This document shows positions 11,795-25,300 of a stretch of DNA of 64,000 bases, in pieces. The notes beneath the pieces are model-generated. The model was given only the letters and a program-made list of their open reading frames with translations. It was not told where the DNA came from and ran no database searches. The first letter of the stretch is position 1. Every line of letters starts with the position of its first letter. Source of the DNA: Anthoceros angustus (Eukaryota; Plantae; Anthocerotophyta); contig VJWM01000221.1 of the NCBI GenBank assembly GCA_010909165.1, positions 186,001-250,000 of the forward strand, written 5' to 3'. Made by a program: the position numbers and the translations under genes.

Positions 11795-13613
11795 TAATTA
11801 TTCGCATTTGTTTGAGCTCCATTTGGCAGTGTCTTGCATTGGGTATGGTTGCCTAAACTAGACAGTCTTGTGTGCCAAGCTTGGGCTTGCAAGAGGTTGA
11901 ACAACTGTTGTGAGGGGGAAGGTCGTTGCTGTTAGCGATAAATAGGCCCGGTGCAGCCGTGATTGGACTGGATGTGAGTGTGTTTTGAGGGAGGACCGCC
12001 CCGGGATAACGTCGAGACGTCGCCAGTTTCGCCAGCAGCTGGCCGGGGTGGGCTTGGCCGTAACTCCTTGTCTCTCTCGTCCTCTGCCTTCCTAGCGCTC
12101 TCTCAAAGACTCCCTCCCCTTCCCAGGATTCTCAGCACACTCACTGCCTTGTCACAGATTCTTCCTTCTCTTGCAGCGCCACAAAATCGCCTTCCTTGGC
12201 AATCTCTCCAATTGCTTCCCCCACTCCTGCCCGCCCCAGATTTGCCGCATCCGGAAGCAGCGTCGAACTTCCCCCTCCAACCTGCCTGTCCCTCAGCCCC
12301 GTCGCTTGTGAGCCCGTTCTCGGGCCCTTATCATCGTACAGTGGGAGCGGGGAGCATGGCCGGGGGCCCATCTTCCACCTGCTGTCTGCGGCAGCATTCC
12401 TCTATTTCTTTAGCCTTTTGTCTTCCCTCCCAGCCACAGCAGCCACAGCCCTCGGCCACGCTGGTTTTGTAGGCACGCACTCTTCCACTGTGCATGCTGC
12501 AGCGGCAGCATGCGCCGGCAATCAGTGCGTCATACATAGATTGCTACTGCTACTGCTCCTCTTGCTCCTGCTGCTGCTGCTGCTGCTGCCCGTCTGCTGG
12601 TCATGATGCTCGTGCTGTAGAAGCTGTCTCTTTGCTCGCCTGTGCGATCCCACCCCCTGCGTGCGCCCTGCCTCTGCCTGTTGCTTTTCCACTGTGCTTG
12701 ACCTGCTCCCAGGGCTGCTGGTCGCCGCTGTAGAGACAGCTGCCGCCTCTCTCTGTTGATGCCTGAGCTTCCCAGGGGACTGTGCCGCATTCTGCCGACT
12801 TCCCTTGGGTCCCTGCCACAGCTTCCTCCTTGAGCCTCATCTGTGCTTGCTGTATCTGAAATTGCCGTCCGCCTGCCGGCCGGAGCTGCTTTGTGTCACG
12901 TCTTTGCTAGCTGCATCGGGGTGGGTGAGGGATATAAGAGAGCGGAGAGGCAATTTGTCCCGCAACATGGGGACCGGTAGTGTGCCGACAGCCTGCAGAT
13001 TGCCGACCCAGCTCCGGGCGTCGCCCAGAATTTTGTGCTGCGGAGGTGGCAAGCGGGAATGTGGGCGGCTTGTTTTGATCTGCTCCCTGTGAGTAGGCAA
13101 CAGGTGTGGCGCTTGTGCTGGATCCTTCAGCCAGAGCCTTCTTTTTGATTTGCGCTACTTCGTGTCCAGTTCAAGTCAGGGAGATGACCCGGTCGTCAAT
13201 TTGCCATCCTTTTTCTCTTTGTGTAGCATGAGATAGAAGCTTCAGCTTTCACTGCTCTTGAATCAATGGCTGTGCTTTCTCTTTGTTCCGGGATTGAGTT
13301 TTGTGTCTTCGCCTGGCAGCGATTGAAAAAGAGCATAATTTTTACAGTGTTTGGACGTTTTTCCTTCCGTTTGAGAATTGGCCATGGTCGTTGCCTCAAG
13401 TTGTCTCGTCTTCTCCGCAAGTTTCCACTACATGCCGGTGTGTCGGTGGATGTATTTTCTCATCATTCTTGGTGGGTCTGTGCAGGAAGTGCTAAGCTGT
13501 GGAGAATCACAAGGTAGAAGGCGGACGAATCTTGAGTTACCTGATTGCATCAACGAGTGGCAATGTGGGCCCTCGATGCTGCCAGCCGGGACAGGCGGCG
13601 GTTAAATGCCGTA

Positions 13614-15510
13614 ATGGCGGCTGCAAGCGAGGAACCTGTAGATATAAAGCCGGGCCTGCTTCCGGGTGATCAGACTGAGATCACTGTGAACTGTCCGGAC
13701 AAGGTTGGGCTAGCCTGTGACCTAGCCCGTATTGTGTTCGAATTTGGGCTTACTGTGGTCCGTGGTGGTGAGTCACTGCCCTGGCCATGTTGTCTGGTCA
13801 GTTTTTTATATTTTTTTTGCATTGTTTTTGCTAACAGTTTCTAACACGCAATGATGTTGGATTGGTGATACAGATCTTCAAACTGATGGACGCTGGTGCT
13901 TCGTGGTATTCTGGGTTGTGCCCAATTCCAGCAGACCTGTGAGATGGCCTCTCTTGAGACACCGCCTCAGTGCAGCCGCCCCTGCTCCCCGCCGTGCACT
14001 CTTTGAGGCACCTCCCCCTCCTGAGTCACTGCCCAAGCAGATGTGCATTCTGCAAGTCTGCTCAGGGGACCGAGCAGGCCTTCTGAATGGTATGCTTTCC
14101 ACTCTTTTTTGGTCGTTTGTTATTATTTTGTCAGACCTAGTGTGTGCAAGCTGATAGTGGTGGCTCTTTTGTGTGCGATGTGAGGCGTGCAGGTTGGAAA
14201 TTCTTCGGATTTCCTCATTACCTGTTGTGCTCATGCACTGAAATTTGTTTGCAGACGCTGCACAACTTCTGTGGGAGCTTGAGTTGACAATTCACAGGGT
14301 GAAAGTGTCGACAAGTCCTGAAGGCAAAGCCATAGATCTCTTCTTTGTTACAGATAACAGGTCTGTTTTGATTGATCTGTGTCTTCTGAATTTAGCTTAA
14401 CTACGATGAATGGCAGTTGTTGTGGGACTGAGCCTGTTCATTTTGGCATTGTTCAATAGGACGAGTGTCCCATCGAAGGATCGGATAGCTGATGTCTGTG
14501 ATCAAGTGAAGAAAACACTCCGAGAGACTACCTTCTGCACATTAACAGTGGCCGGCCCTGATTGTGGCATCATGGAGTGCTCCCCTGCATCTCATCTTTC
14601 ACCGGCAGTGGCGGAGTGTCTTTTCAGTGATGAGTTTAATGCATGCGAGGATATATCGGAGAGGGAAATTCTGGATGCTGCTGGGAACAAGATACGTGTT
14701 GACTTCGCCATTGACAACGTGACTAGTCCTGGACATACTGTCCTCCAAATCAGCTGCAAGGACAGGAAGGGGCTTCTCTATGACTCCATGCGCACTCTGA
14801 AAGATGCTAATTTGCAGGTGAAGGTCTTCCCTTTTCTGTCTTGTGCATTTTGGATGTGAGGTAGATATGACCTGTCCAGGGGAAGACATGTTTGCAAATT
14901 TCCGTGTCTTCCCACTGACACAGAGTCCCCTAACCCTAGCATACAGCGACTGAGGCGAATGCTTTGTGTTCCTGAAGATCAGTCTGCCTCTGGCTGTTCA
15001 GGTCGCCTATGGCAGGATTACCAACCCCAAGAAGAACACCATAGAGCTGGACCTGTTTGTGCTGCAACCAGATGGGAGGAAGATAATGGATCCCCAGAAG
15101 CAGAAATCTCTGCTGCAACTTATGGCCAGGGAGACTCAGCATCCCATTCGTGTTGTGGTGACTCCCAGAGGTCCGGATACTGAGCTCCTGGTTGCCACGC
15201 CAATTGAGATGAGTGGCAGGGGTCGTCCCCGTGTGCTGTATGACGTCACTCTTGCCCTAAAGACGTTGGAGATCTGCATTTTCAAGGTGAGAACGAACAT
15301 CAAATCACGTTTGTCGTGCTTCGGTCTTTGGTTCCATGCGCTTAACTCTGAATCCTGTTTTGGCAGGCGGACATCTCTCGGCACGTGGTTGCAGATCGGT
15401 TTTGGGAAGTCTACCGGTTTCTGCTGATAGACACACCACAGCATAATTTGTCAAGCACGAGGACTCGAAATCTGATTGCTGATCGTGTGAAGAACATTTT
15501 GGTGGGTTGA
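13614..15510 (+). CDS. ACT domain repeat protein, ACR9/ACR10-like
   Basis: TVNCPDKVGLACDLARIVFEFGL, DGRWCFVVFWV, DRAGLL, LQISCKDRKGLLYD, ELLVATPIEMSGRGRPRVLYDVTLALK and WEVYRFLL over about 6 GT-AG exons. An alternative in-frame ATG lies at 13563. Confidence 0.9.
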
Positions 15511-15969
15511 AGCATCGCCGGCTGTTGAAGCGCATGCTGGAGGGTTGAAGCTTGCGACGGTGACGAGCATGCGTGGGTTGAAGCATTCAACAAGCTCGAG
15601 GATGGTGAACGGGTTAAAGGTGCTCTGGTGGTAGGGAAGGAAGCAGGAAATGACAATGGAGCCTTGGAAGGAATGGCCGCCTGTCATTCACTTCCCTGGT
15701 TCGTAACCATCTGACCTGGACAATGTGCCATTTTGTAACATTTTCTAACAGCAGTCACCAATGTGGCGACATGTCATGTACTGTGGATGGTAGGCGGAAT
15801 AGTAGTATTAAATTATGTCTAAGAGTACGTAGTTTTGTTCACCCAGTGGATCTGTAGCAACCATGAATTTGGCGACAAAACTCGGAGGTTTGCATTTTAG
15901 GGTCTAGACGTGCAGGTTTTTGATCCGACTCCGGTGTTGGTCCTAGCGGTGGTTTGGACCAAGTGGTTT

Positions 15970-16445
15970 TGTGGCAGCAGTCTGTGTGAGCTCCCAGAGA
16001 TTGGGACGTGGACGAGGCTAGAAATGGACAGCTTTCATGAGGCGACGCCTTTTGAAACTCTTGGCCGTGTCCTTCATTATGCGTCAGTGGCTGCCACCAT
16101 TGTGAGTTCCCAGGGATAGGGACGGGGGCTAGAAATCTGCTGCTTGCGTGAGGCGCGCCAATTGAAACTCTTGGGGTGTCTGTACTACGCTTCTGTAGCT
16201 GCCATTGTGAGCTCCCAGACATCGGGACGGGGGCACGCGGCACGGGGGCTACAAATGTCTGGTGTTGATTGCATGAGAGGCGGCGCCAATTGAATTCTTC
16301 GTTGTGTTCTTTATTCTGTGTCAGTAGCTGCCATTGTGAGCACCCAGGGATTGCGACGGGGACGTGGACGGGCCAGAAACGTGCTGCTTGCACGAGGCGG
16401 CGCCAGTTGAAACCCTTGGTTGTGTTCTTTATTATGCTTCAGTGT
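15970..16445. repeat. Diverged tandem repeat, 4 copies of about 105-130 bp, between the convergent ACR and FRO 3' ends
   Basis: The anchor TGTGAG(C)TCCCAG...GGGACG...GAGGCG(G)CGCCAATTGAAA recurs at about 15985, 16101, 16206 and 16335. Confidence 0.8.
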
Positions 16446-16471
16446 GCCTTTTTGGTATAGACTGATTTCCA

Positions 16472-19380
16472 CTACAAGCCAAAGCTGATAGAGTGGAAAG
16501 GGAAAGCCACGGTGGAGGAGGTGTGCGTCTTACATTGCTTGGCCACATCTGCCTGCAAACTCGCTGGCCCGCAAGTGAACACGCCTACACGCTTGCCCGC
16601 ATGTCGAACAGCAGAAGCTTGGAATATTTCTGCGACACAGACCATCAGATGTGTGTAACATTCCCCTCTTTCGACACTAACTGCTTAATGGAATAGAAGG
16701 TGCATTTCTACAAACCTTCGAAGTTGGGTCTGCAACCGTACTGGACATTCTCTAGTGCCAGCAGCTTTGGGTCTCCCTGGACAGACTTGACGGCCTCCAT
16801 CCCTGTGGCATCAGGCATCTGCGGATCACTGTTTGTCGAGCTATAAAACTTAGGCCCCAGCCAGCGGTTGCAGAGCAAAGAAGCTGCTCCTCCAAAGCCA
16901 GCTATGCCCGCCAGCATACAGAGAAAGCTGAACAGGACCTCTGCCCAGGAGGGGTACATGTGCCTGTTGTGGTTGATCCTCGGATCCAAGTAATACCTGG
17001 AAATGCTTCCCCAGATGAACAGATAGCCCACCAGGGAAGCAGCCAGCATAATCAAGATCCCCCGATTGCTATCCCTGCCGGTCTCTGGCTCAAGAGCGGA
17101 TGCAGCGGCCCGGTCCTTGTGGACGGAGGATTCGATGTCGGAAGTAGTGGCTTCCATGTCTGCTGCCTGCTCCCGTGTGACATGAGCTTGTACTTGGAAA
17201 GTTGCCTGCTTGGCGACACTAAGTGGAAGAATTGCATCCAAAATTTGTAGCTCCCTGGAGCTCCTGACAGCCCAGATGAGCGTCACATCTGTTGGGCTCT
17301 TCGATCGCCGGCGGAGATAGATCTGATTCAGCTCTGTGAGCATAGACAGAAATGGGGAGATGCCACTGCCTCCAGCCACGAGGATGAGGGAATCGTACCT
17401 GCCATAAAGGGATTACATCTTTAATCCTTCAAAATTGCAAATCCATTTGCAGGTCAGTTCAACTTCAATTTGTGGGAGCCTCCTTACTGTAGGAAGGTGG
17501 AAGACTCTTCACCGTAAGGGCCTTCCAAGTAGAAGGTGCAAAACTTCGCCTGTTCGGACGAGTTGGGTGACGAATTTTGGATAGCGCTCCTAAGCTCCCT
17601 GGTCCACTGGCCGCAGCATTTCACCAGAATAGACATGCGGTCTTGCTGAACCTGCGAGCTGGAGGAGATTGTGAAGGGATGCCACTGCAATCCACTCACC
17701 GAGGGGACGCGGAGGAAGATGAAGCTAGCCGGCTTATACTGCAGACCTGCAAGCATCGTGGATTGGATTGGCATGCTCTTGAAAACCTCGAGAGAAAATT
17801 TCCGAGACTGAAACTTGTCCTCAATGCATGTACGTACCTGGATTCTTGGCGAAGACGAGCTCAAGTGTGTCTCCTGGGAGGTTGCGGGATATGATTACAG
17901 CCACAGGCTTTCTGGACTGCATGAAGCGGAGCAGACGGTCCAGTGCAAACAGGAAGAAGCCAGCCATGACAACGCTGAAGAGCTCCAAGCCGACGTGGAT
18001 GGCTACGAAGAATACAAAGACAATGTACAGCTGGTGCGTGATGTAGAAGAGCTCGAAGAAGCGTGCTCGCAATCGGGGCAGCGATGTCACGCATATGAAC
18101 AGGCCTGCCACCGTTGCGATGATGCCCGCCAAATTGTTGAAGCCGTTCCTGTTCCACTTCCAGAACTGCAGTTCCTCCCACAGTTATAAATGTACAATAG
18201 TCATTCAATTTGAACCGTTTTCTTAATCAGGCTGCAGGACGCCGGCTGCCATGTCGTAGGGCTGATTGAGAATTCGTGGGAGGAGCATTTACCTGCTGCC
18301 AGAACATTCCCATGCTGTACCACAGGATGAAGTAGGTGGCGCCATGGGCAAGAAGGATGGCCATCATGATGCTGGCCATCCACTTGTGGTACTTGGTTGC
18401 ATGCTGGAAGGAGATGTTCACTAGGCGCAGCAGGACGGATCCTCGGGTGACCGGAAAGAAGATGAAGGCCATGGTTACCAACCCCGCCTGCCCTGTCTTG
18501 TGGCCCGTTGTGCTCATCTTCCTCTGCCATCTGGAGGAACATAAACCACACAGTCACTGGATCTACTATAACAGATTGAACATGTCACTGTGCAACATTG
18601 TTCCAACAGACACCAGCAATTCAGCCATCCGACATTTCTAAGAGCTCTTGGATCACAAGTTACCTGTGTCCACCAATGGACCAGCTTCTGAAGTACTACA
18701 TACCTCGCTTCGTGCGGCTCTGGAGGCATGGACTGGTGATCGAAGTACATGCACAAAAGGTAGATAATGAATCCCGCAAACAGAACCAGGAACACCTGGT
18801 CCGCGGCTGTAACAAGTCCCAAAGGACCATGTACCATGACCGGATAGCTCCACAAGCTCACCCTGGCTCGCCTTCCTCCCGTTTTACATTCCCTGCCATT
18901 GCAATCCCGCCGGTTAGCACCTTTCAAGGCTCCTGGACCAGAAACTTGCACTTTCGATTTCAAGAACCACGCATGCTCACGGTTTCTTTGCAGCATCTGG
19001 AGGAGGTCGAATTTCGAGATACACCGCTCCCAAAACCACAATCAGAAAGACAGGAGCAGCGAAGAGCATCCAATTTGCAGCTGCAAAGTGCAACGCGAAC
19101 GAAAGATCGGACTCAAAACACTCCAAAATCTTGATCCATCATGTTCAACCAACAACCAGACCGAACTCACTCCACTGCGACGGGAAGAGAGCTCACGAGA
19201 TGCTCCGTAGGCTCTGGAACTCCCAAGGCCATCGGATACCCGAGTATAGAATTGCCTCCAACGCTCGGCGGGCCGGAAGCACCACAATCCCAGCCACAGG
19301 TAGAGAAAAACGCAAATGCCAGCCTTGAGCGCCACCGCTGCCGCTCTCCTCACCGCCCCGCACCTCCGATCTTCCTCCAT
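16472..19380 (-). CDS. FRO: Ferric reduction oxidase (FRO family ferric-chelate reductase)
   Basis: [30 protein letters not shown], the FAD motif QWHPFTISSS, LEGPYG, the NADPH motif VAGGSGISPF and the C-terminal GVFTCGP...FHSISF. Multi-exon, with the TAG stop at 16474-16472. Confidence 0.92.
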
Positions 19381-20436
19381 CGCCTCCTGCTTGAAATCTC
19401 GAATCGAGCCAGGCCGACGATCTCATTCGAGATCCTTTCAAATTTTTCCTTCGCAGCGCCGCTGCGTTCGATCCATCAGCACAGCAGGCGCGCCGGACAG
19501 CAGCTCAGCCTGCTGCGCATGCGCTGTCCAGACGCCCCGCCTGGCAGCCGCGGCCGCGAGCTCCAGGCAATGCAGGTCATGATCGACACTCCGTTGCTCT
19601 CAAGGCGTGAAAGCAGATTGAGACAGAGGTCAGACGGAACGGGGGCGTGCCGACTGCTAGCTGCTAGCGGCCCCAGTCTGGACCCCGTTGGCCAGCTTTC
19701 CACCAGGCCGCGGCGTGAAAGCGGTTTCAGACTGAGACAGAAGTCAGACGGAACGGAGCAGAACGTAACGGGGAGGAGAAAGCAACGGAAGAGGCGTGCC
19801 GACTGCGAGCCCCAGTCTGGGCCCTGGAGACCCCGTTCCAGGCGTGCTCGCCTCACGCGTTCACGCCCCGTCCGCGCCCTTCGTACATCCAAGGTGTGCA
19901 TGTCCATATGATGCAATGTACATAGGTACATAGATTTTTTTTTTTTTTGGCATTTTGAGCGGTAATCTACCAAACCCGGGGGAGAACCTTCAACAAGGGT
20001 TTTGATTCCCCTATAGGTTCAAAGATACGTAGCCAGGCCACTTTTTCAATTCATGGCGATGGGACTGTCTCGCCACCGACTGCGGCCCATGGCCCCACCC
20101 TTATGTATGTATGGTTGCACCTACCATAGCCAGCATTCATACAAAAGCTGAATTTTTGGTGTACTTCTCAGATCGTCGGCAAGTGAGAATTAGGGCTGAA
20201 CTGCTGAACTCAGAACAAGTGTCCTGTTGAGGCGGCAGATAAGGGAACAGTGTGCAGGTGTAGCCCTCTGGAAGATGGTGACATGCTTCCTTCAAAATTC
20301 TGGTGACAAAAGGAGAAGCATGTAAGAGCAGCACAGCATGGTCAGGAAATCAGTATCTTTACAGTGCTTATCAGCAAGAGGGGATTGCTGCTGCGGCGAT
20401 TCTGTGAAAGCAGGTGCGGTGGCTAGTTCATTGTTC

Positions 20437-21160
20437 TCATGGACGACCCCCACAACTGCAAGAACCAGCTGCGAATCGATGCACACGGTACCCATCCCTA
20501 ACGACAATGTCTCTCTGTTCAAGCCTTGACATGATCTCCGTGGAACTGTGGCAGTCACTGCACATGCGTAGATTCTTTGTTAGCATCAGAGGTGTCCCAC
20601 TCGGAGTGTTCAAGAGACCAAACGCCAGAGCTAGCTTCTCAGCATGCCCACAAAGTGCATCCTCCTTTTCCTTCTCATCCACTGGCTTCAACACCAACTT
20701 TGTGTGAGGTACGTGGCCGCCTTCCTGCTTCAGACGTGCATTCGTGCTCTCTACCTTAAGGGCAATATCCTCTCTGCTTTCTCCCACCAAAAATCGATGT
20801 ACCTGCTGATTCACCTCAATGGTCGCCACTGCAGGTTTCTTGTTAGCCCCTGCTGCCCTTCTCTGTGTTTCGATCCTGTCTACATCGGCCCACCTATCTG
20901 CATCCGCGTAGGCATTGGCCATGAGCACATACGCTGATGCATCCTGGGGCTCTAACCTAACAATGCTTTCAAAACACCACATCGCCCTCTCTACATCCCC
21001 GTGACATTTGCAGGCATTCAACAGAGACCTCAAGCCCACAACATTACGTCGGTCCTGACATGATGATAGCATCTTGACTGCCTCGTCTAAATGGCCTGCA
21101 CGCCCAAGAAGATCAATCATGCAGTTGTAATGCTCAATAGTAGGTTTGATGCCATGCTGT
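20437..21160 (-). CDS. Orphaned S2-E1-E2-DYW:KP (GRP-type) 3' module of a PLS PPR gene
   Basis: KKPAVATIEV, CGHAEKLALAFGLL, KNLRMCSDCH and the C-terminus SCSCGGRP*. Upstream it is joined out of frame to FRO-derived sequence. Confidence 0.8.
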
Positions 21161-22307
21161 ACCACAGGATGAAGTAGGTGGCGCCATGGGCAAGAAGGAT
21201 GGCCATCATGATGCTGGCCATCCACTTGTGGTACTTGGTTGCATGCTGGAAGGAGATGTTCACTAGGCGCAGCAGGACGGATCCTCAGGTGACCGGAAAG
21301 AAGATGAAGGCCATGGTTACCAACCCTGCCTGCCCTGTCTTGTGGCCCGTTGTGCTCATCTTCCTCTGCCATCTGGAGGAACATAAACCACACAGTCACT
21401 GGATCTACTATAACAGATTGAACATGTCACTGTGCAACATTGTTCCAACAGACACCAGCAATTCAGCCATCCGACATTTCTAAGAGCTCTTGGATCACAA
21501 GTTACCTGTGTCCACCAATGGACCAGTCCCTCATGACTGCATGAAGGAGCAGACGGTCCAGTGCAAACAGGAAGAAGCCAGCCATGACAACGCTGAAGAG
21601 CTCCAAGCCGACGTGGATGGCTACGAAGAATACAAAGACAATGTACAGCTGGTGCGTGATGTAGAAGAGCTCGAAGAAGCGTGCTCGCAATCGGGCAGCG
21701 ATGTCACGCATATGAACAGGCCTGCCACCGTTGCGATGATGCCCGCCAAATTGTTGAAGCCGTTCCTGTTCCACTTCCAGAACTGCAGTTCCTCCCACAG
21801 TTATAAATGTACAATAGTCATTCAATTTGAACCGTTTTCTTAATCAGGCTGCAGGACGCCGGCTGCCATGTCGTAGGGCTGATTGAGAATTCGTGGGAGG
21901 AGCATTTACCTGCTGCCAGAACATTCCCATGCTGTACCACAGGATGAAGTAGGTGGCGCCATGGGCAAGAAGGATGGCCATCATGATGCTGGCCATCCAC
22001 TTGTGGTACTTGGTTGCATGCTGGAAGGAGATGTTCACTAGGCGCAGCAGGACGGATCCTCGGGTGACCGGAAAGAAGATGAAGGCCATGGTTACCAACC
22101 CCGCCTGCCCTGTCTTGTGGCCCGTTGTGCTCATCTTCCTCTGCCATCTGGAGGAACATAAACCACACAGTCACTGGATCTACTATAACAGATTGAACAT
22201 GTCACTGTGCAACATTGTTCCAACAGACACCAGCAATTCAGCCATCCGACATTTCTAAGAGCTCTTGGATCACAAGTTACCTGTGTCCACCAATGGACCA
22301 GCTTCTT
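21152..22307 (-). pseudogene. Two near-identical duplicated internal fragments of the neighbouring FRO gene
   Basis: 21152-21526 matches 18310-18684 and 21535-22307 matches about 17915-18689, introns included. A short PPR-derived patch separates them. Confidence 0.85.
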
Positions 22308-25300
22308 GTTACCACCAGAGGTGTCCCACTCGGAGTGTTCAAGAGACCAAACGCCAGAGCTAGCTTCTCAGCATGCCCACAAAGCGCATCTTCCTTTTCC
22401 TTCTCATCCACTGGCTTCAACACCAACTTTGTGTGAGGTACGTGGCCTCCTTCCTGCTTCAGACGTGCATTCGTGCTCTCTACCTTAAGGGCAATATCCT
22501 CTCTGCTTTCTCCCACCAAAAATCGATGTACCTGCTGATTCACCTCAATGGTCGCCACTGCAGGTTTCTTGTTAGCCCCTGCTGCCCTTCTCTGTGTTTC
22601 GATCCTGTCTACATCGGCCCACCTATCTGCATCCGCGTAGGCATTGGCCATGAGCACATACGCTGATGCATCCTGGGGCTCTAACCTAACAATGCTTTCA
22701 AAACACCACATCGCCCTCTCTACATCCCCGTGACATTTGCAGGCATTCAACAGAGACCTCAAGCCCACAACATTACGTCGGTCCTGACATGATGATAGCA
22801 TCTTGACTGCCTCGTCTAAATGGCCTGCCCGCCCAAAAAGATCAATCATGCAGTTGTAGTGCTCAAGAGTAGGTTTGATCCCGTGCTGTTCAACCATGGA
22901 ATCAAAGAGCTTGCGACCCTCATGGACCAGTCCCTCATGACTGCACGCTGCTAGAAGGCAAGTAAAAGTAGCACCATCAGGCTGAATACCGGCAACTAAC
23001 ATCTCCTCAAAACAAGCTAGTGCTCTGCGACCATCGTTATTGGCACCATACCCAGATATGAGGAGAGTCCATGTCACCACATCCTTTGTGTTCATGCTGT
23101 CAAAAGCCTGGCGTGCATCTCGCAGCTCACCACATTTTGCATACATGTCCACTAAGCAGTTACCCACAAGTACATTATCAAGCAGTCCTCTTTCCACAAT
23201 CTGTGAGTGCAGCTGCCTGCCCTTCTGTATGCCACCTGTACTTGCACAGGCCTTTAGAAGGCAAGCAAAAGTAACATGGTCGGCCAAAACCAGGCCCTCT
23301 TGCTCCATTTGTCCATACAGAACAATCGCCTCTTGCCCGAGTCCTTGCTGTGCATACCCAGCTATCAGGGTGGTCCATGTCACAACATCCTTTGTGTTCA
23401 TGCTGTCAAATACCTGGCGTGCGTCTCCCAGTTCACTAGATTTCGCATACATGTCCACCAGGCAGTTGCCCACCACTACGTTATCCAGCAGTCCTCTTTC
23501 AACAATCAGTGAGTGCAGCTGCCTGCCCTTCTGCAATTCACCAGTGCTTGCACAGGCCTTTAGAAGGCAAGCAAAAGTAACATGGTTAGCCAAATCAGGC
23601 CCTCCTGCTCCATTTGTCCATACAGAACAAGCCTCTTGGCCGAGTCCTTGCTGTGCATACCCAGCAATCAGGGCATTCCATGTCACCACATCCTTTGTGG
23701 CATGCTGTCAAAACCTGGCGTGCATCTTCCAGTTCACCACATTTTGCATACATGTCCACCAGGCAGTTGCCCACCACTACGTTATCCAGCAGTCCTCTTC
23801 CACAATCTGTGAGTGCAGCTGCCTGCCCTTCTGTAAGGCACCAGTGCTTGCACAGGCCTTCAGAAGGCAAGCAAAAGTAACATGGTTAGCCAAAATGAGG
23901 CCCTCTTGCTCCATTTGTCCATACAGAACAAGCGCCTCTTGCCGAGTCCTTGCTGTGCATACCCAGCTATCAGGGGTCCATGTCACCACATCCTTTGTGT
24001 TCATGCTGTCAAAACCTGGCGTGCATCTTCAGTTCACCACATTTTGCATACATGTCCACCAGGCAGTTGCCCACCACTACGTTATCCAGCAGTCCTCTTC
24101 AACAATCAGTGAGTGCAGCTGCCTGCCCTTCTGCAATTCACCAGTGCTTGCACAGGCCTTTAGAAGGCAAGCGAAAGTAACATGGTTAGCCACAATCAGG
24201 CCCTCCTGCTCCATTTGTCCATACAGAACAAGCACCTCTTGGCCGAGCGCTTGCTCGGAGTACCCGGCTATCAGGGAAGTCCATGTCACCACATCCTTTG
24301 TGGTCATGCTGTCAAAAACCTGGCGTGCATCTTGCAGTTCACCACATTTTGCATACATGTCTACCAGGCAGTTGCCCACCAGTACATCATCCAGCAGTCC
24401 TCGTCCCACAATCTGTGAGTGCAGCTGCCTGCCTTTCTGTAAGGCACCAGTGCTTGCACAGGCCTTCAGAAGGCAAGTAACATGGTTAGCCAAAATGAGG
24501 CCCTCTTGCTCCATTTGTCCATACAGAACAAGCGCCTCTTGGCCGAGTCCTTGCTGTGCATACCCAGCAATCAGGCATTCCATGTCACCACATCCTTTGT
24601 GTTCATGCTGTCAAAACCTGGCGTGCATCTTTCAGTTCACCACATTTTGCATACCCAGATATCAGGGCATTCCATGTCACCACATTCTTTGTAGCCAAGC
24701 TGTCAAAAACCTGGCGCGCATCTTTCAGTTCACCACATTTTGCATACATGTCCACCAGGCAGTTGCCCACCAGTATGTCATCCAGCAGTCCTCTTTCAAC
24801 AATCAGTGAGTGCAGCTGCCTGCCCTTCTGTAAGGCACCAGTGCTTGCACAGGCCTTCAGAAGGCAAGCAAAAGTAACATGGTTAGCCAAAATCAGCCCC
24901 TCCTGCTCCATTTGTCCATACAGAACAAGTGCCTCATGTCCGAGCCCTTGCTCAGCATACCCAGCTATCAGGGCATTCCATGTCACCACATCCTTTGTGG
25001 CCATGCTGTCAAAAACCTGGCGTGCATCTTTCAGTTCACCACATTTTGCATACCCAGATATCAGGGCATTCCATGTCACCACATCCTTTGTGGCCATGCT
25101 GTCAAAAACCTGGCGTGCATCTTTTAATTCACCACATTTTGCATACATGTCCACCAGGCAGTTGCCCACAAGTACATTATCAAGCAGTCCTCTTTCCACA
25201 ATCTGTGAGTGCAGCTGCCTGCCCTTCTGTATGCCACCTGTACTTGCACAGGCCTTTAGAAGGCAAGCAAAAGTAACATGGTCGGCCAAAACCAGGCCCT

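Noticed and set aside
20437-21399. 320-aa ORF that looks like an FRO-DYW fusion protein
   Set aside because: The FRO-derived part is read out of the FRO frame and starts in intron sequence, so it is a by-product of the junction.
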